Shown: positions 10,355 through 20,238 of the stretch, piece by piece
How positions within the stretch are numbered: position 1 is the stretch's first letter
Layout of the letters: each line of letters starts with the position of its first letter
IMG/VR virus record: IMGVR_UViG_3300037193_002017
Location: 1 to 64,000 of that record
Length of the DNA: 64,000 nt
Strand: one strand, 5' to 3'
From: a virus
The notes under the pieces: generated by a model
What the model was told of the DNA's origin: nothing
The model's database searches: none
Seen by the model: the letters and a program-made list of their open reading frames with translations, nothing else
Program-made: the position numbers and the translations under genes

Positions 10355-11517
10355 TGCTCCCGATCAGCGCCCGGGTGCTGGCGGCGCTGCCGCAGGCGAC
10401 CGGCCGCCCCTACAAGGCGGACTGGTCCAACGACGGCGGACAGACGTGGACGGCGTGCAGCGTGGTGGCGGGGTCGGCGTCGGTCACGGCGGACCGTACC
10501 GCGGAGGTCCGTTACACCGCCTCCGCCGAACTCACCGGGGTGACCGCCGGACGCGCCGGGATCAACCCGGTCGCGACCAACGTCCGCCTGTGGCAGGGCA
10601 TCACCCTGCCGCGCACGGACACGATCTGGTTCCCGGCCGGCCGCTACACCGTCGGCCGCACCCGCCGAGATCGAATTGGCGCCGTCTCGGTGGAACTGAA
10701 CGGCCTCGAGGACGAACTCCGCGCAGCCAGCTTCCCAGCCGCGCGGACCATCGGCCCGGGCGCCGCCCGCGACCTGGTGGAGCCCCTCGTCGGGGAGGCG
10801 CTGCCGGGTATCCCGGTGGCGTGGCGGTCCGGCATCAGCCCCGACACCCTCATCCCGCAGATCGCCGCGACGGAAGACCGGTGGGCGGTGCTGTCCGGCG
10901 GCACCGACAGCACCGGCACGGGCACGGGGATCGCCGCGGCGCTGGCCGGGGAGATGTGGGTGGACGCCCGCGGCGTCGTCACCCTCGGCCCCGTCCCCAC
11001 CCTGGACGATCCGGTCGTGTGGAGGATCGCCCGTGGGCAGGGCGGTGCGCTCGTCGAGCCGCAGGCCGAGCAGACCAGCGAAGGCCTCGCCAACGTTTGG
11101 GCGGTCTCGGGTGACGGCGGCGACGGTGCCCCGGCGGTCGGCCCCGCCTACGCCTGGGACGACGACCCGAACTCGATCACGTACGCGGGCCCGGACCCGG
11201 TCAACGACCCGCTCGCCCCGCAACGGCTGGGCCTGTACGGGGTGCGGCTGCGGGTGCAGCGCCACGCCTCCGCGCTGATCACGACGTTCACCCAGGCCTC
11301 CGAGGTCGCCGCCGCGAAACTCGCCGACAGCCTCGGGGTGAAGGCGTCGCTGACGCTGACCGCCGTGTGCAACCCCGCCCTCGAGCCGGGCGACCTGGTG
11401 GAGGTCGAGACCGAGACCGGGGTGTGGGAGCCGCACATCATCGACTCCTTCAGCTACACCCTCGGCGCCGCCTCCATGTCCTGCGCGACCCGTACGACGA
11501 CGAGGAGGCTGGCATGA
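10354..11517 (+). CDS. Minor tail protein (baseplate hub/Tal-like)
   Basis: Gene order; C-terminal NPALEPGDLVEV motif. Confidence 0.8.
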   Translation: MLPISARVLAALPQATGRPYKADWSNDGGQTWTACSVVAGSASVTADRTAEVRYTASAELTGVTAGRAGINPVATNVRLWQGITLPRTDTIWFPAGRYTVGRTRRDRIGAVSVELNGLEDELRAASFPAARTIGPGAARDLVEPLVGEALPGIPVAWRSGISPDTLIPQIAATEDRWAVLSGGTDSTGTGTGIAAALAGEMWVDARGVVTLGPVPTLDDPVVWRIARGQGGALVEPQAEQTSEGLANVWAVSGDGGDGAPAVGPAYAWDDDPNSITYAGPDPVNDPLAPQRLGLYGVRLRVQRHASALITTFTQASEVAAAKLADSLGVKASLTLTAVCNPALEPGDLVEVETETGVWEPHIIDSFSYTLGAASMSCATRTTTRRLA

Positions 11518-12452
11518 ACGATCCCGCAGACCTGCTCGGCGCCGCCCTCGCCCAAGCCCAAGCGGCAGGCGGGGGCGGGGGTGAGGTGGTATCGGCGGTC
11601 GTCGCGGACGTCACCGAGTCCGGGCGCGTCAACCTCCAGCTGGGCAACGGGGATCTGCTGCTGGAGGTGGCCTGCCCGGACTCCTACCGGGGCAGGGCAG
11701 CCGGGGACTGGGTGGCCGTACGGTTGTCCGCCCGCCCGGTCGTGCTGTGGAGGCTCGGCGCCGACCCCGTGGAGGATGAGCAGGCGGCCACCGAGCAGAT
11801 CGCCGTCCAGGCCGCCATCGACACCCAGGTCGTCCGCGCCGCCACCTACGGCACCGGCGCCCCCTCCGGGACCGGCTGGCAGCAAGCCACCGAAGTCCAC
11901 GTCCGCAAAATCGACGGGAAGCTGGAGCTGTACTTCAAGGTCGGCTCCGTCGCCGACCCCTCACCCGGCACCCCAGACGTGCCCGCGCCGAAGCCAGTCA
12001 CCATCTCGCCGACCGACTCCGGATCGTGGCGCAACGGGAAGCCGGACGAGTACGCGGCCTCCCCGACCCAGGGCGACTGGACAGGCCGCGGCAACCGGCG
12101 CGGGGCCTGGTTCTACGGGTCGGCGATCCAGAACGCGTGCGCGGGCAAGACCGTCGCCTCGATGAAGGTGCGGTTCTCGCGGAAGACCGGCGCCGGCGTC
12201 AACGTGAAGAGGCCCATGCACCTGTACCTGCACGACCACTCCTCCCCGCCGTCCGGGCAACTCGACCTGGACGACGGGCCGGAGGAACTGCTGTCGCTCA
12301 GCGTCGGCGCGACCGGCACCGCGACGCTGCCCGCCTCTTGGCGCTCCCAGCTCGCCTCCGGTGCGGCCAAGGGCCTGGCCATCTACGCCACCGGCTCCCG
12401 CGACTACATGGCCGTCACCGGCGGCCGGATCACCATCACCTTCTCCGCGTAG
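11514..12452 (+). CDS. Minor tail protein
   Basis: ATGA overlap at 11514 with RBS GGAGG; QGDW..GNRRGAWFYG motif. Confidence 0.75.
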   Translation: MNDPADLLGAALAQAQAAGGGGGEVVSAVVADVTESGRVNLQLGNGDLLLEVACPDSYRGRAAGDWVAVRLSARPVVLWRLGADPVEDEQAATEQIAVQAAIDTQVVRAATYGTGAPSGTGWQQATEVHVRKIDGKLELYFKVGSVADPSPGTPDVPAPKPVTISPTDSGSWRNGKPDEYAASPTQGDWTGRGNRRGAWFYGSAIQNACAGKTVASMKVRFSRKTGAGVNVKRPMHLYLHDHSSPPSGQLDLDDGPEELLSLSVGATGTATLPASWRSQLASGAAKGLAIYATGSRDYMAVTGGRITITFSA

Positions 12453-12462
12453 GAGCACCCCC

Positions 12463-13089
12463 TTGCCCACCATCGGATACGCAGAACTCCCCGTCCCCGC
12501 AGGCGCGGACGCCCCCGACGTCGTCGGCGCCCTCACCGATCTGGCCACCACCCTCGACCCCCACCTGGTCCAGCACGTCACCGACCTCGCCGACCGCAAC
12601 GCCACACTGGCCGCGGCGCCGCAGCACACGGTGGCGGTCGCCGACGACGGCACCACCTGGATCAAGACCGACGGAGGCTCCAACACCTGGATCGTGGTGT
12701 GGGAACCGCTCCCGGCCTGGCAGAACATCACCCTCGCCTCCGGCTACCAGGTGTCGGCCGGCTACACCCCCCAGGCCCGCCTCGTCGGCAAACGGGTCTC
12801 CCTGCGGGGGCGGATCGAACGCACCGACGGCCAGGTCATCCCCACCAACGGCGTCAAACTCGGCACCGTCCCCACGTCGTGTATCCCCCAGGAGCAGATC
12901 GGCCAGTACGCCGGTACCTGCTCCCTCGCCAACGACGTGACCATCGGCGTCGGGAAGATCGAGATCCTCGAGGTCGACACCTCCTCCACGCTCGGTACCG
13001 CCGGTGACCTCACCTGGTGGTCCCAGGACGGGCCCACGGCGGCCGGGACCCCGTGGATCGGCATCAACGGCGAGTACTGGATCGACTAA
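12463..13089 (+). CDS. Minor tail/fibre-associated protein
   Basis: TTG start after AGGAG; WQNITLASGY, VSLRGRI motifs. Confidence 0.72.
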   Translation: MPTIGYAELPVPAGADAPDVVGALTDLATTLDPHLVQHVTDLADRNATLAAAPQHTVAVADDGTTWIKTDGGSNTWIVVWEPLPAWQNITLASGYQVSAGYTPQARLVGKRVSLRGRIERTDGQVIPTNGVKLGTVPTSCIPQEQIGQYAGTCSLANDVTIGVGKIEILEVDTSSTLGTAGDLTWWSQDGPTAAGTPWIGINGEYWID

Positions 13090-13105
13090 GGAGGCCTTGG
13101 CACCT

Positions 13106-15544
13106 GTGGCGCTTTACACCTTCGGCGGCAGCCCGGCCGACGTCCTCACCGACACCGCCGGCAACGTCGTCCCCGACTTCCAGGTCCTCGTCTACCGGGC
13201 CGGAACCAACGAACTCGTGACCGCCCTGTATGAGATGGACGGCACCACCCCCATCAGCGAGCTGCGCAGCAACCCCACCGGCTCCAACACCCCCGGCGCG
13301 ATCCGCTCCTTCAAGGCCGACAACGTCACCGCGATCGAGTACGCCTACAACGGGCCCGGCGGCAGCCCGGTCCGCTGGTACCAGGCCGCCCGCGAACTCG
13401 CCCAGGAAGCCGCGAGCGCGGCGGCCGACGCCCTGTCCAAGACCAGCGGCGGCACCGTCCAGGGCGCCACCACCTTCGAGGCCGGCCTGACCGTCGAGGG
13501 CGGACTGAACGTCACCGGCGGCGCCACCCTCGACGGCCTCGACGTCGAGGGCGACCTCACCGTCGACGGAGTCTTCACGCCGCAGAGCCTGCAGCTGTCC
13601 GGCATGCGCATCTACAACCCGCGCGTGTACGGGGCACTCGGCAACGGCACCGGCAACGACGCCCCCGCCATCAACGAAGCCCTCGCCGCGGCGTACGCGG
13701 CAGGCGGCGGCTGGGTCATCGTCCCCTCCGGCACCTACATGATCGGCGAGATCCTCCGCATCTACGGCAATACGAGGCTGACGCTGCTGCCAGGGGCTGA
13801 GTTCCGGCGGAACTACGCCGGGACGATGATCCTGAACGGCGACGCCGAGCAGAACCTCGCGGGCTACGCCGGCCACGGCAACATCCTCATCGAGGGCGGA
13901 CTGTGGAACATGAGGGGGACCACGTCCGGGCTGACGGGGAGCGCGATGTGTATCAGCATCGGGCACGCCCAGAACGTCACCATCCGCGACCTCGAAGTCC
14001 GTGATACCCCGGGCTATCACGGCATCGAACTCAACTCCACGAAGAACGGACTTGTCGACAATTGCAAGTTCCGCGGCTACATCGACCCCGGCGGCAGAAC
14101 GTTTTCCGAGGCTGTCCAAGTCGACCTCGCCAAAGCCGCCAGCGTCTTCGGGGGGTTCGGCCCGTATGACAACACCGCGTGCGAGGACATCACGGTCCGC
14201 GGCTGTTACATCGGCGCCTCCGGCACGGCCGGCACCGTCGCGTGGCCGCGCGGCGTCGGATCCCACGCCGCCACCATCGACCGCTGGCACAAGCGGATCC
14301 GCGTCCTGGGCAACACCGTCGAAGGCGGCGCGCAGTACGCGGTGGGCGCCTACGCGTGGCAGGACTGCCTGATCCAGGGCAACACCATCGCCGGTCAGGG
14401 GGCCGGGGTGCGGCTGTGGACCAACGACACCACGGACGCCAACGCCACCACCAACGCCTCCGGGGTGCAGACCAGTGCGAGCCAGGAGACCCGAGGCGGC
14501 GCGGTCGTGGGCAACACCTTCCGCAGCCTCACGGGGTACGACGACGCGATCCTCGTCCGCGGTGAAGCCACCGGGAAGCTAACCGGAGTGACGGTCGCGG
14601 ACAACGTCGTCGACACCGTGTCGTCCTCGGGTGCGGGTGTGCGGCTGGAGTACGCCGAGCAGGTCACCGTGACGGGCAACCTCATCCGCGCGGTGGGCGG
14701 GACCGGGATCAGCATGGTCAACGCGGTTGGCGGCGCGGTGACCGGGAACCGGATCTACCAGCCTGGCGGCTCCGGTATCGCGGCGGCGCCCGCGACGGGC
14801 ATGCAGATCACGGGCAACTCGATCCGTGAGCCGTCCAGCCACGGCGTCCACCTGCAGGGCGGATCCGACGTCCAGGTCGTGTCCAACTACATCAAGGGCG
14901 CCTCCCGCACGGCGGGCAGTTTCGGCATCCGTATCACCACCTCCGCCGACGGAATCCTCCTCACGGGCAACAAGATCCGCACGCTCGGCTCGGGTGCGGA
15001 CGCCGCCTACGGTGTGTCGATCACCAACACCTGCACCAACATCCGCCGCTACGGAAACGACCTCACCGGGTCGGGGACGACGGGGCCTCTCGATGACCAG
15101 TCGACCACCCCGGACATCAACCCCCAGGACAGCGGGCTCCTCACCTACACCCCCACCGTCACCAACGGCGGATCCGCCACCTTCACCACCCAGACCGCCG
15201 ACTACTACAAGCTCGGCAAGCTGGTCTGGGTGAACATCGGCCTGGTCGTCAACGCCGCCGGGTCCGGCACCAGCAGCGTCGCCGTCAGCCTGCCCTCCAC
15301 CCCATCCCGCACCATCCAGCAGACGCTGGACCTGACCTGCGAGAGCGTCAGGGTGGCCAGCCAGTCCACCAAGGGATCCGCCGTCATCCTCATCACCGGA
15401 TCCGGAGCCACGATCGACCGGCTCCGCAACCAGGTAGCCGCCTCCGGCGATGCCACCACCGACAACAGGATCCTGAACGTCCAAGGCGCCCATCTACTGG
15501 CCGGCGCCATCATCACCATCACCGGCTGGTACCGCGAAGCCTGA
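13106..15544 (+). CDS. Tailspike / receptor-binding protein with right-handed beta-helix (pectate lyase-like)
   Basis: YNPRVYGALGNGTGNDAPAINEAL...VPSGTY entry motif, then many xxGNxI coils. Confidence 0.88.
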   Translation: MALYTFGGSPADVLTDTAGNVVPDFQVLVYRAGTNELVTALYEMDGTTPISELRSNPTGSNTPGAIRSFKADNVTAIEYAYNGPGGSPVRWYQAARELAQEAASAAADALSKTSGGTVQGATTFEAGLTVEGGLNVTGGATLDGLDVEGDLTVDGVFTPQSLQLSGMRIYNPRVYGALGNGTGNDAPAINEALAAAYAAGGGWVIVPSGTYMIGEILRIYGNTRLTLLPGAEFRRNYAGTMILNGDAEQNLAGYAGHGNILIEGGLWNMRGTTSGLTGSAMCISIGHAQNVTIRDLEVRDTPGYHGIELNSTKNGLVDNCKFRGYIDPGGRTFSEAVQVDLAKAASVFGGFGPYDNTACEDITVRGCYIGASGTAGTVAWPRGVGSHAATIDRWHKRIRVLGNTVEGGAQYAVGAYAWQDCLIQGNTIAGQGAGVRLWTNDTTDANATTNASGVQTSASQETRGGAVVGNTFRSLTGYDDAILVRGEATGKLTGVTVADNVVDTVSSSGAGVRLEYAEQVTVTGNLIRAVGGTGISMVNAVGGAVTGNRIYQPGGSGIAAAPATGMQITGNSIREPSSHGVHLQGGSDVQVVSNYIKGASRTAGSFGIRITTSADGILLTGNKIRTLGSGADAAYGVSITNTCTNIRRYGNDLTGSGTTGPLDDQSTTPDINPQDSGLLTYTPTVTNGGSATFTTQTADYYKLGKLVWVNIGLVVNAAGSGTSSVAVSLPSTPSRTIQQTLDLTCESVRVASQSTKGSAVILITGSGATIDRLRNQVAASGDATTDNRILNVQGAHLLAGAIITITGWYREA

Positions 15545-15624
15545 CCAGCCCCTCTGACCCACCCCCCAACTCCCCGCCCCGCGCCACCGATGGCCGGGGC
15601 CTTCGTCACGTCTGGAGCCCCTTC

Positions 15625-16062
15625 ATGTCCCCACCGTCCACCACAGAGCTGGCCAAGGTCGCGTACGAGGCGTACGGCAACTCGACCGGCCACAAGAACT
15701 ACCAGGGCCTGCCCATGCCCGACTGGGACGAGCTGACCGCCTCAATCCGGCTGGCCTGGATCGAAGCGGCCGGGGCCGTCGCCCTCGCCAACCTCGCCGA
15801 GTTGTCCGGCATCACGCGGCCGTCCACGGACCCCAGCGTCGGCGACATCGTCCTGGTCCCCATGGACCCCGCCACCAACAACGGCGCCACCACGGCCCCG
15901 GCCGTCATCACCCGCGTGTGGTCGCCGAGCACGGTCAACGTCCGCGTCCTGGCCGACAAGGACACTGCCCCCGAGTGGCGCACCTCGCTCGTCTACGCCG
16001 AGAGCTTCGAAGGCATCAACGGCCCGTTCGCCGCCTGGACCTGGCCGGGCGGTGACGACTGA
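15625..16062 (+). CDS. Hypothetical protein
   Basis: RBS GGAG; TGATG coupling to the endolysin gene. Confidence 0.7.
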   Translation: MSPPSTTELAKVAYEAYGNSTGHKNYQGLPMPDWDELTASIRLAWIEAAGAVALANLAELSGITRPSTDPSVGDIVLVPMDPATNNGATTAPAVITRVWSPSTVNVRVLADKDTAPEWRTSLVYAESFEGINGPFAAWTWPGGDD

Positions 16063-16829
16063 TGGCGCCGCCCCTGAGCGCGGCCAAGTTCCTGGCCGTG
16101 CTGAGAGCCGAAGGTGTGAACGTCGTCGAGGTCGGCGACTGGCGGGACCATAACCGCAATCACAAGGGCCCGTGGGGCCCGGTCCACGGTGTGATGATGC
16201 ACCACACCGTGACCTCCGGCAGCGAGCGCACTGTCCGCATCTGTCGCGACGGCTACGAGGGCCTTCCCGGCCCGCTGTGCCACGGCGTCATCACCAAGGA
16301 CGGTCGGGTCCACCTCGTCGGGTACGGGCGTGCCAACCACGCTGGCTCCGGCGACCCGGACGTCCTCAGGGCGGTCATCGCGGAGAAGGCCCTGCCGAAG
16401 GCGAACGAGAACAAGACCGACGGCAACCGCCACTTCTACGGGTTCGAGTGCGAGAACCTCGGCGACGGCGATGACCCGTGGCCCGATGTGCAGGTCGAGG
16501 CGATCGTCCGCGTCGGGGCCGCGCTCTGCCGGGCGCACGGCTGGACCGTGCGCAGCGTGATACGGCACCTCGAGTGGCAGTTCGGGAAGGTCGATCCGCG
16601 TGGTCTGGACTGGGCGGACGTCGAGGCGCGGATCAGTGAGCGGCTGAAGCACAAGGCGGGCTGGTCGCCGGGGCGCTCGTACACCGTGGTGAAGGGCGAC
16701 ACGCTGTGGGGGATCGCCAGGCGCCAGCTGGGTGACGGTGCTCGCTCGAAGGAGATCGTGGCGCTGAACCCGGAGGTCGATCCGGACCGGTTGAAGGTGG
16801 GCCAGGTCCTGAAGCTGCCCGCGAAGTGA
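16062..16829 (+). CDS. Endolysin: N-acetylmuramoyl-L-alanine amidase with C-terminal LysM
   Basis: MHHT, ANHAG, YGFECEN, H.EW...K.DP amidase motifs; YTVVKGDTLWGIA...L.VGQVLKLP LysM. Confidence 0.93.
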   Translation: MAPPLSAAKFLAVLRAEGVNVVEVGDWRDHNRNHKGPWGPVHGVMMHHTVTSGSERTVRICRDGYEGLPGPLCHGVITKDGRVHLVGYGRANHAGSGDPDVLRAVIAEKALPKANENKTDGNRHFYGFECENLGDGDDPWPDVQVEAIVRVGAALCRAHGWTVRSVIRHLEWQFGKVDPRGLDWADVEARISERLKHKAGWSPGRSYTVVKGDTLWGIARRQLGDGARSKEIVALNPEVDPDRLKVGQVLKLPAK

Positions 16830-17025
16830 GGCGGCTGTTGGAGCGGTTGGTGTGTCCGGGCTGCTGCTGCCTGCGGGTGGGGCCCGGGCACTTGCTCCGC
16901 GTCCTGGCCGGCATCTGCCGCCTGTAGGGCGGCCGAGGCCTTAGTTCTCGGTGTGATTTTTTCACGCGTTTCATTGCACCCCAGGTCAGGGGCGGTCTCT
17001 GGCCTGCCCGAGGAAAGGGGCTCGC

Positions 17026-17340
17026 ATGCCCTCTCTGTTCATCTCCCTCATGCGCATGGTCGTCCCGCTCGTCGCGGGGTGGCTGATAAGCCTGGCCGTG
17101 TGGGCGGGCGTCGAGGTCGACTCCCAGGCCATCACCGGCCTGGTCACCCTGGCCCTGGCGCTCGTCTACTACGCCCTGTTCCGTCTGCTCGAGCTGGCGG
17201 GGATGAAGGCGCGCGGGACCGTCCTGCAGAAGCTGGCCGGCCTCCTGCTCGGTTGGGCGAGGCCGCCGGCGTATCCGGCGCAGGACACGCTGCCTCCGGT
17301 CACCCGCCCCTACAGCGGCGGGTCGTACGGCGGTCAGTAA
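17026..17340 (+). CDS. Holin
   Basis: 104 aa, hydrophobic helices, follows the endolysin. Confidence 0.75.
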   Translation: MPSLFISLMRMVVPLVAGWLISLAVWAGVEVDSQAITGLVTLALALVYYALFRLLELAGMKARGTVLQKLAGLLLGWARPPAYPAQDTLPPVTRPYSGGSYGGQ

Positions 17341-17387
17341 CACCGGCCGCTGCGGCGGCTGTTGCACCACAGCAACTGGAGGGGCGC

Positions 17388-17678
17388 GTGGACGCTGCCA
17401 CTGTCGGAGCAGTACTCGCGCTCGTCGGTGTCCTGTCGGGGTCGGTGGTCGCCTACCTCGGCAAGCGGGGTGAGAACGCGAACGCGCGGATGGTCGCCGA
17501 GATGGACCAGGTCCAGGAGGAGCGCGACAAGATGCTCGCCCAGCGTGATGCCCTGCAGACACACGTCAGTGAGAAGGAACGGCGGATCGAGGAGTTGCTG
17601 GAGCAGCGGCTCGCCGACCGGGAGACGATCGCGCGGCTGCGCGTGAGGATCGTTGAGATGGGGGGCGATCCGTCGTGA
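17388..17678 (+). CDS. Membrane-anchored coiled-coil lysis-cassette protein
   Basis: GTG after GGAGG; N-terminal TM helix then coiled coil. Confidence 0.7.
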   Translation: MDAATVGAVLALVGVLSGSVVAYLGKRGENANARMVAEMDQVQEERDKMLAQRDALQTHVSEKERRIEELLEQRLADRETIARLRVRIVEMGGDPS

Positions 17679-18367
17679 CGCGTGCGGAGTTGGCGCTGGC
17701 CGGGCGGTGGCGGTGGATCGCCGTGTTCTGCTGGCTGATCGCCCTCACGGGGGCGGCGGTCGTCGGCTGGTCCTATTTTCAGCAGGCTGTTGCTGAGGCC
17801 GACCGGCGGGGCGAGGCCGTCAGCACCCTCGCCTCCGATGTTCGGGTGTTGCGGGAGCAGGTGAAAGCGGCGGGCGAGGTGCCGGCGGCGCCGGATCCGA
17901 GTCAGGCCGTCAAGGACCTCGAGGACCGGGCCCGGGTCCCCGTCCCCATTCCGGGCCCTGCAGGGCCTGCTGGGCCTGCCGGGGAGAAGGGCGAGCCCGG
18001 AGAGCCGGGATCGCCGGGGGCATCGGGCGAGCCGGGCCGCGATGGAAAGGACGGGGCAGACGGAGAGGCCGGCGCGCCTGGTGAACCCGGAGCAGAGGGC
18101 CCGGCCGGACCTGCAGGACCTGCCGGGCCGCCTGGTCCGCAAGGCGAGCCCGGCCCGGCTGGCCCGCAGGGCGAGCGTGGCGAGCAGGGGGAGCAGGGTC
18201 CGGCCGGGCCGTCGTGTCCGGAGGGGTACAGCCTGCAGGCGCCCTCGTGGGACCCGGACTCTCTGGTGTGCCGACGGGACGGGTCACCGCCCCCAGAGGA
18301 CGAAGGCGGCGGTGCGGTGGGGCTGCGGGCCGCTGGGCTGGATCCGACCCGACGACAGTACGTGTGA
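17675..18367 (+). CDS. Membrane-anchored collagen-like protein
   Basis: N-terminal TM helix, long Gly-X-Y run, C-terminal C...C motif. Confidence 0.85.
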   Translation: MTRAELALAGRWRWIAVFCWLIALTGAAVVGWSYFQQAVAEADRRGEAVSTLASDVRVLREQVKAAGEVPAAPDPSQAVKDLEDRARVPVPIPGPAGPAGPAGEKGEPGEPGSPGASGEPGRDGKDGADGEAGAPGEPGAEGPAGPAGPAGPPGPQGEPGPAGPQGERGEQGEQGPAGPSCPEGYSLQAPSWDPDSLVCRRDGSPPPEDEGGGAVGLRAAGLDPTRRQYV

Positions 18368-18374
18368 GATGGCT

Positions 18375-18410
18375 GCGGCCCTCGCCCTCCTTCGGGAGGG
18401 CGAGGGCCGC
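18375..18410. terminator. Bidirectional terminator hairpin
   Basis: GCGGCCCTCGCCCTCC-TTCG-GGAGGGCGAGGGCCGC, 16-bp perfect stem between convergent genes. Confidence 0.85.
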
Positions 18411-18420
18411 TTCTCGTATG

Positions 18421-18897
18421 TCAGCTCGGTGGGACGGGGAAAAGGCCTTCGCCGCCGTACTCATACGGCTCTTCCATCCAGACTCCCCGGTACAGCTCGG
18501 CAGAGGTGAAGTCTCGAAAGTTCCGGGTAAGGAAGACGTCTGCTTCCGCATACACCGCAGTGGCCAGGTGCAGGGCGTCCATACCCCTGATCCGTGTCCG
18601 CTCGACGCTGATCTCCCGGGCGAGCAGACCAACGCGGCGGGTGACGTCGACCAGCGTCACGTACGGCTCCTGCAGCAGGTCACGAATCCGCTTCTCACCG
18701 GTGGTGGTGTCCCGCTGGCCGTTGGTCGTACCGCGGGCCTCGGCGAACATCGCGGTGGACGCGATGATTGTGACCTGCTTCCGCCTGGCGGCGTGCAGCC
18801 ACGTCTCCACGGCGGCGCAGCTGAACTTGCCCTCGGCCCAATCTATGTAGCAGCAACAGTCCAGGTATACGCGCCGCGGGTTGTCAGGCCTCGCCAC
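18421..18897 (-). CDS. PIN-domain (VapC-like) ribonuclease toxin
   Basis: VYLD, AE, DALHLATA, FLT.N..DF PIN motifs. Confidence 0.85.
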   Translation of the reverse strand: MARPDNPRRVYLDCCCYIDWAEGKFSCAAVETWLHAARRKQVTIIASTAMFAEARGTTNGQRDTTTGEKRIRDLLQEPYVTLVDVTRRVGLLAREISVERTRIRGMDALHLATAVYAEADVFLTRNFRDFTSAELYRGVWMEEPYEYGGEGLFPVPPS

Positions 18898-19738
18898 GGA
18901 TCACCGCCAGGTGCTGCAGAGCTCCGAGGCCGCCGGTCATATCGGGCCAGAACCCGCCGTGCAGGTCGTCCTCGGAGAGAGACGGCTCGGTGGGAAGCAG
19001 TTCGATGTCTTCCACCTTGATCTTCACTACCTGTCCCTGAGCGTTCTCCGTGATCAGACCTGTCACTTCCACCCGGTCATGCCCCCATGCCTGCCGCAGT
19101 TGCTCGCGATGTTCCTTGCCACAGATCAGTGGGATGCGCTCATGACCGACCTCTGACCAGAGCACCGCCTTCAGGTGGCCTCCTGTGTCAGACAGGCCGC
19201 CGAGGTGGCCGCGACGGGAGCCGTGGGTGGTGTAGCGGGCTTTGACCGCGTTGCTGAGGTTCCGGCGGGCGCGCTCGGTGACTTCGGCCTCCGCGACGAT
19301 CGTGTCGTTGACGCGTAGCGCCAGGTGCATCCCGACTTCCCTCGAGGCGCCAAGGGTACGGGCCACCAGAATGCCGAACTGGGCGGCATGCATGGTCCAG
19401 TCGGATGGGATCTCGGGGCGGTCCTCGGCCGCGGCGAATCCCTCTACGGTCTGGTGAAGCACCCTGTCAACCTGCTCGTAGCTGGAGGCCTCCGGCACCT
19501 GCAGTGGTGCCAGGGCCGCTCGAGTACTCCCCAGGCCGAGCTGGGTGAAGGTCCACCGTGTGTAGGCGGGACTACGTCGGCGGTTGGACGGCGAGGAGGG
19601 CAGTGGTGCTGAGCGGCCCGTCTCGGTGACCTCCAGCTCCTTGAGCAGGAGCAGGAGGGCCTCCATCGCTTTCAGAGTGGCGCCCGCGTCCATGCCAGCG
19701 TGGGGACCACGAAGCGTTATGTCGAGTTCAGAACCCAC
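18884..19738 (-). CDS. Hypothetical partner of the PIN toxin (possible sensor-antitoxin)
   Basis: GTG at 19738 with GGAGG; overlaps the PIN gene by 14 bp; beta-rich C-terminal domain. Confidence 0.7.
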   Translation of the reverse strand: MGSELDITLRGPHAGMDAGATLKAMEALLLLLKELEVTETGRSAPLPSSPSNRRRSPAYTRWTFTQLGLGSTRAALAPLQVPEASSYEQVDRVLHQTVEGFAAAEDRPEIPSDWTMHAAQFGILVARTLGASREVGMHLALRVNDTIVAEAEVTERARRNLSNAVKARYTTHGSRRGHLGGLSDTGGHLKAVLWSEVGHERIPLICGKEHREQLRQAWGHDRVEVTGLITENAQGQVVKIKVEDIELLPTEPSLSEDDLHGGFWPDMTGGLGALQHLAVIRGEA

Positions 19739-19968
19739 GCGGTGACCTCCCCTCGCTGTATGTCGTTCGTGGCTCGTCACTATGCCGTCGTTCACGGCCA
19801 TCCTCCCCCAGCCTGCGCCGCCATTCACCCCGAGGAGTGGCACCGTACCGGCGGTGGACAGGTGCCAGCCAGACCCCCACGTGTGTCTCGCGCCGACCTG
19901 CTGGCGGCGTTCCCGGTCGGGCATCGTGTGATGTCGACGCATCGGCCGGGTGGCTAGCCACCCGGGGG

Positions 19969-20163
19969 TCAGGCGGCCTCAGCGTAGGAGGGGCGGGGGC
20001 GTCGTTCGGCTGCGTCGGCGATGGCCCATGCGGTGACGAGCTGCTCGTACTCGAGGCGTTCGTGGGGTCGGAGGTAGCCGCCGGCAGCGTGGAAGAGGGT
20101 GCGTATCCGCTGGTTGAGGTCGGCCGCAGACCGCACGGAACCACGGCCAAGGTCGGGGGACAT
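19969..20163 (-). CDS. Small hypothetical protein
   Basis: RSAADLNQRIRTLF...L.P.ER.EYEQLV.AW pattern recognised from small Streptomyces proteins. Confidence 0.6.
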   Translation of the reverse strand: MSPDLGRGSVRSAADLNQRIRTLFHAAGGYLRPHERLEYEQLVTAWAIADAAERRPRPSYAEAA

Positions 20164-20238
20164 GCCGGGAAGCATACGGGCAGCCACTGACAAAGCGATG
20201 AGAATTATCCGCCGCAGGGCCTTGGGTACGCTGCCCGC

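Noticed and set aside
16830-17025. Gene or RNA between endolysin and holin
   Set aside because: No convincing ORF, RBS or hairpin
17952-18210. 9-bp periodic DNA repeats
   Set aside because: Explained by collagen Gly-X-Y coding
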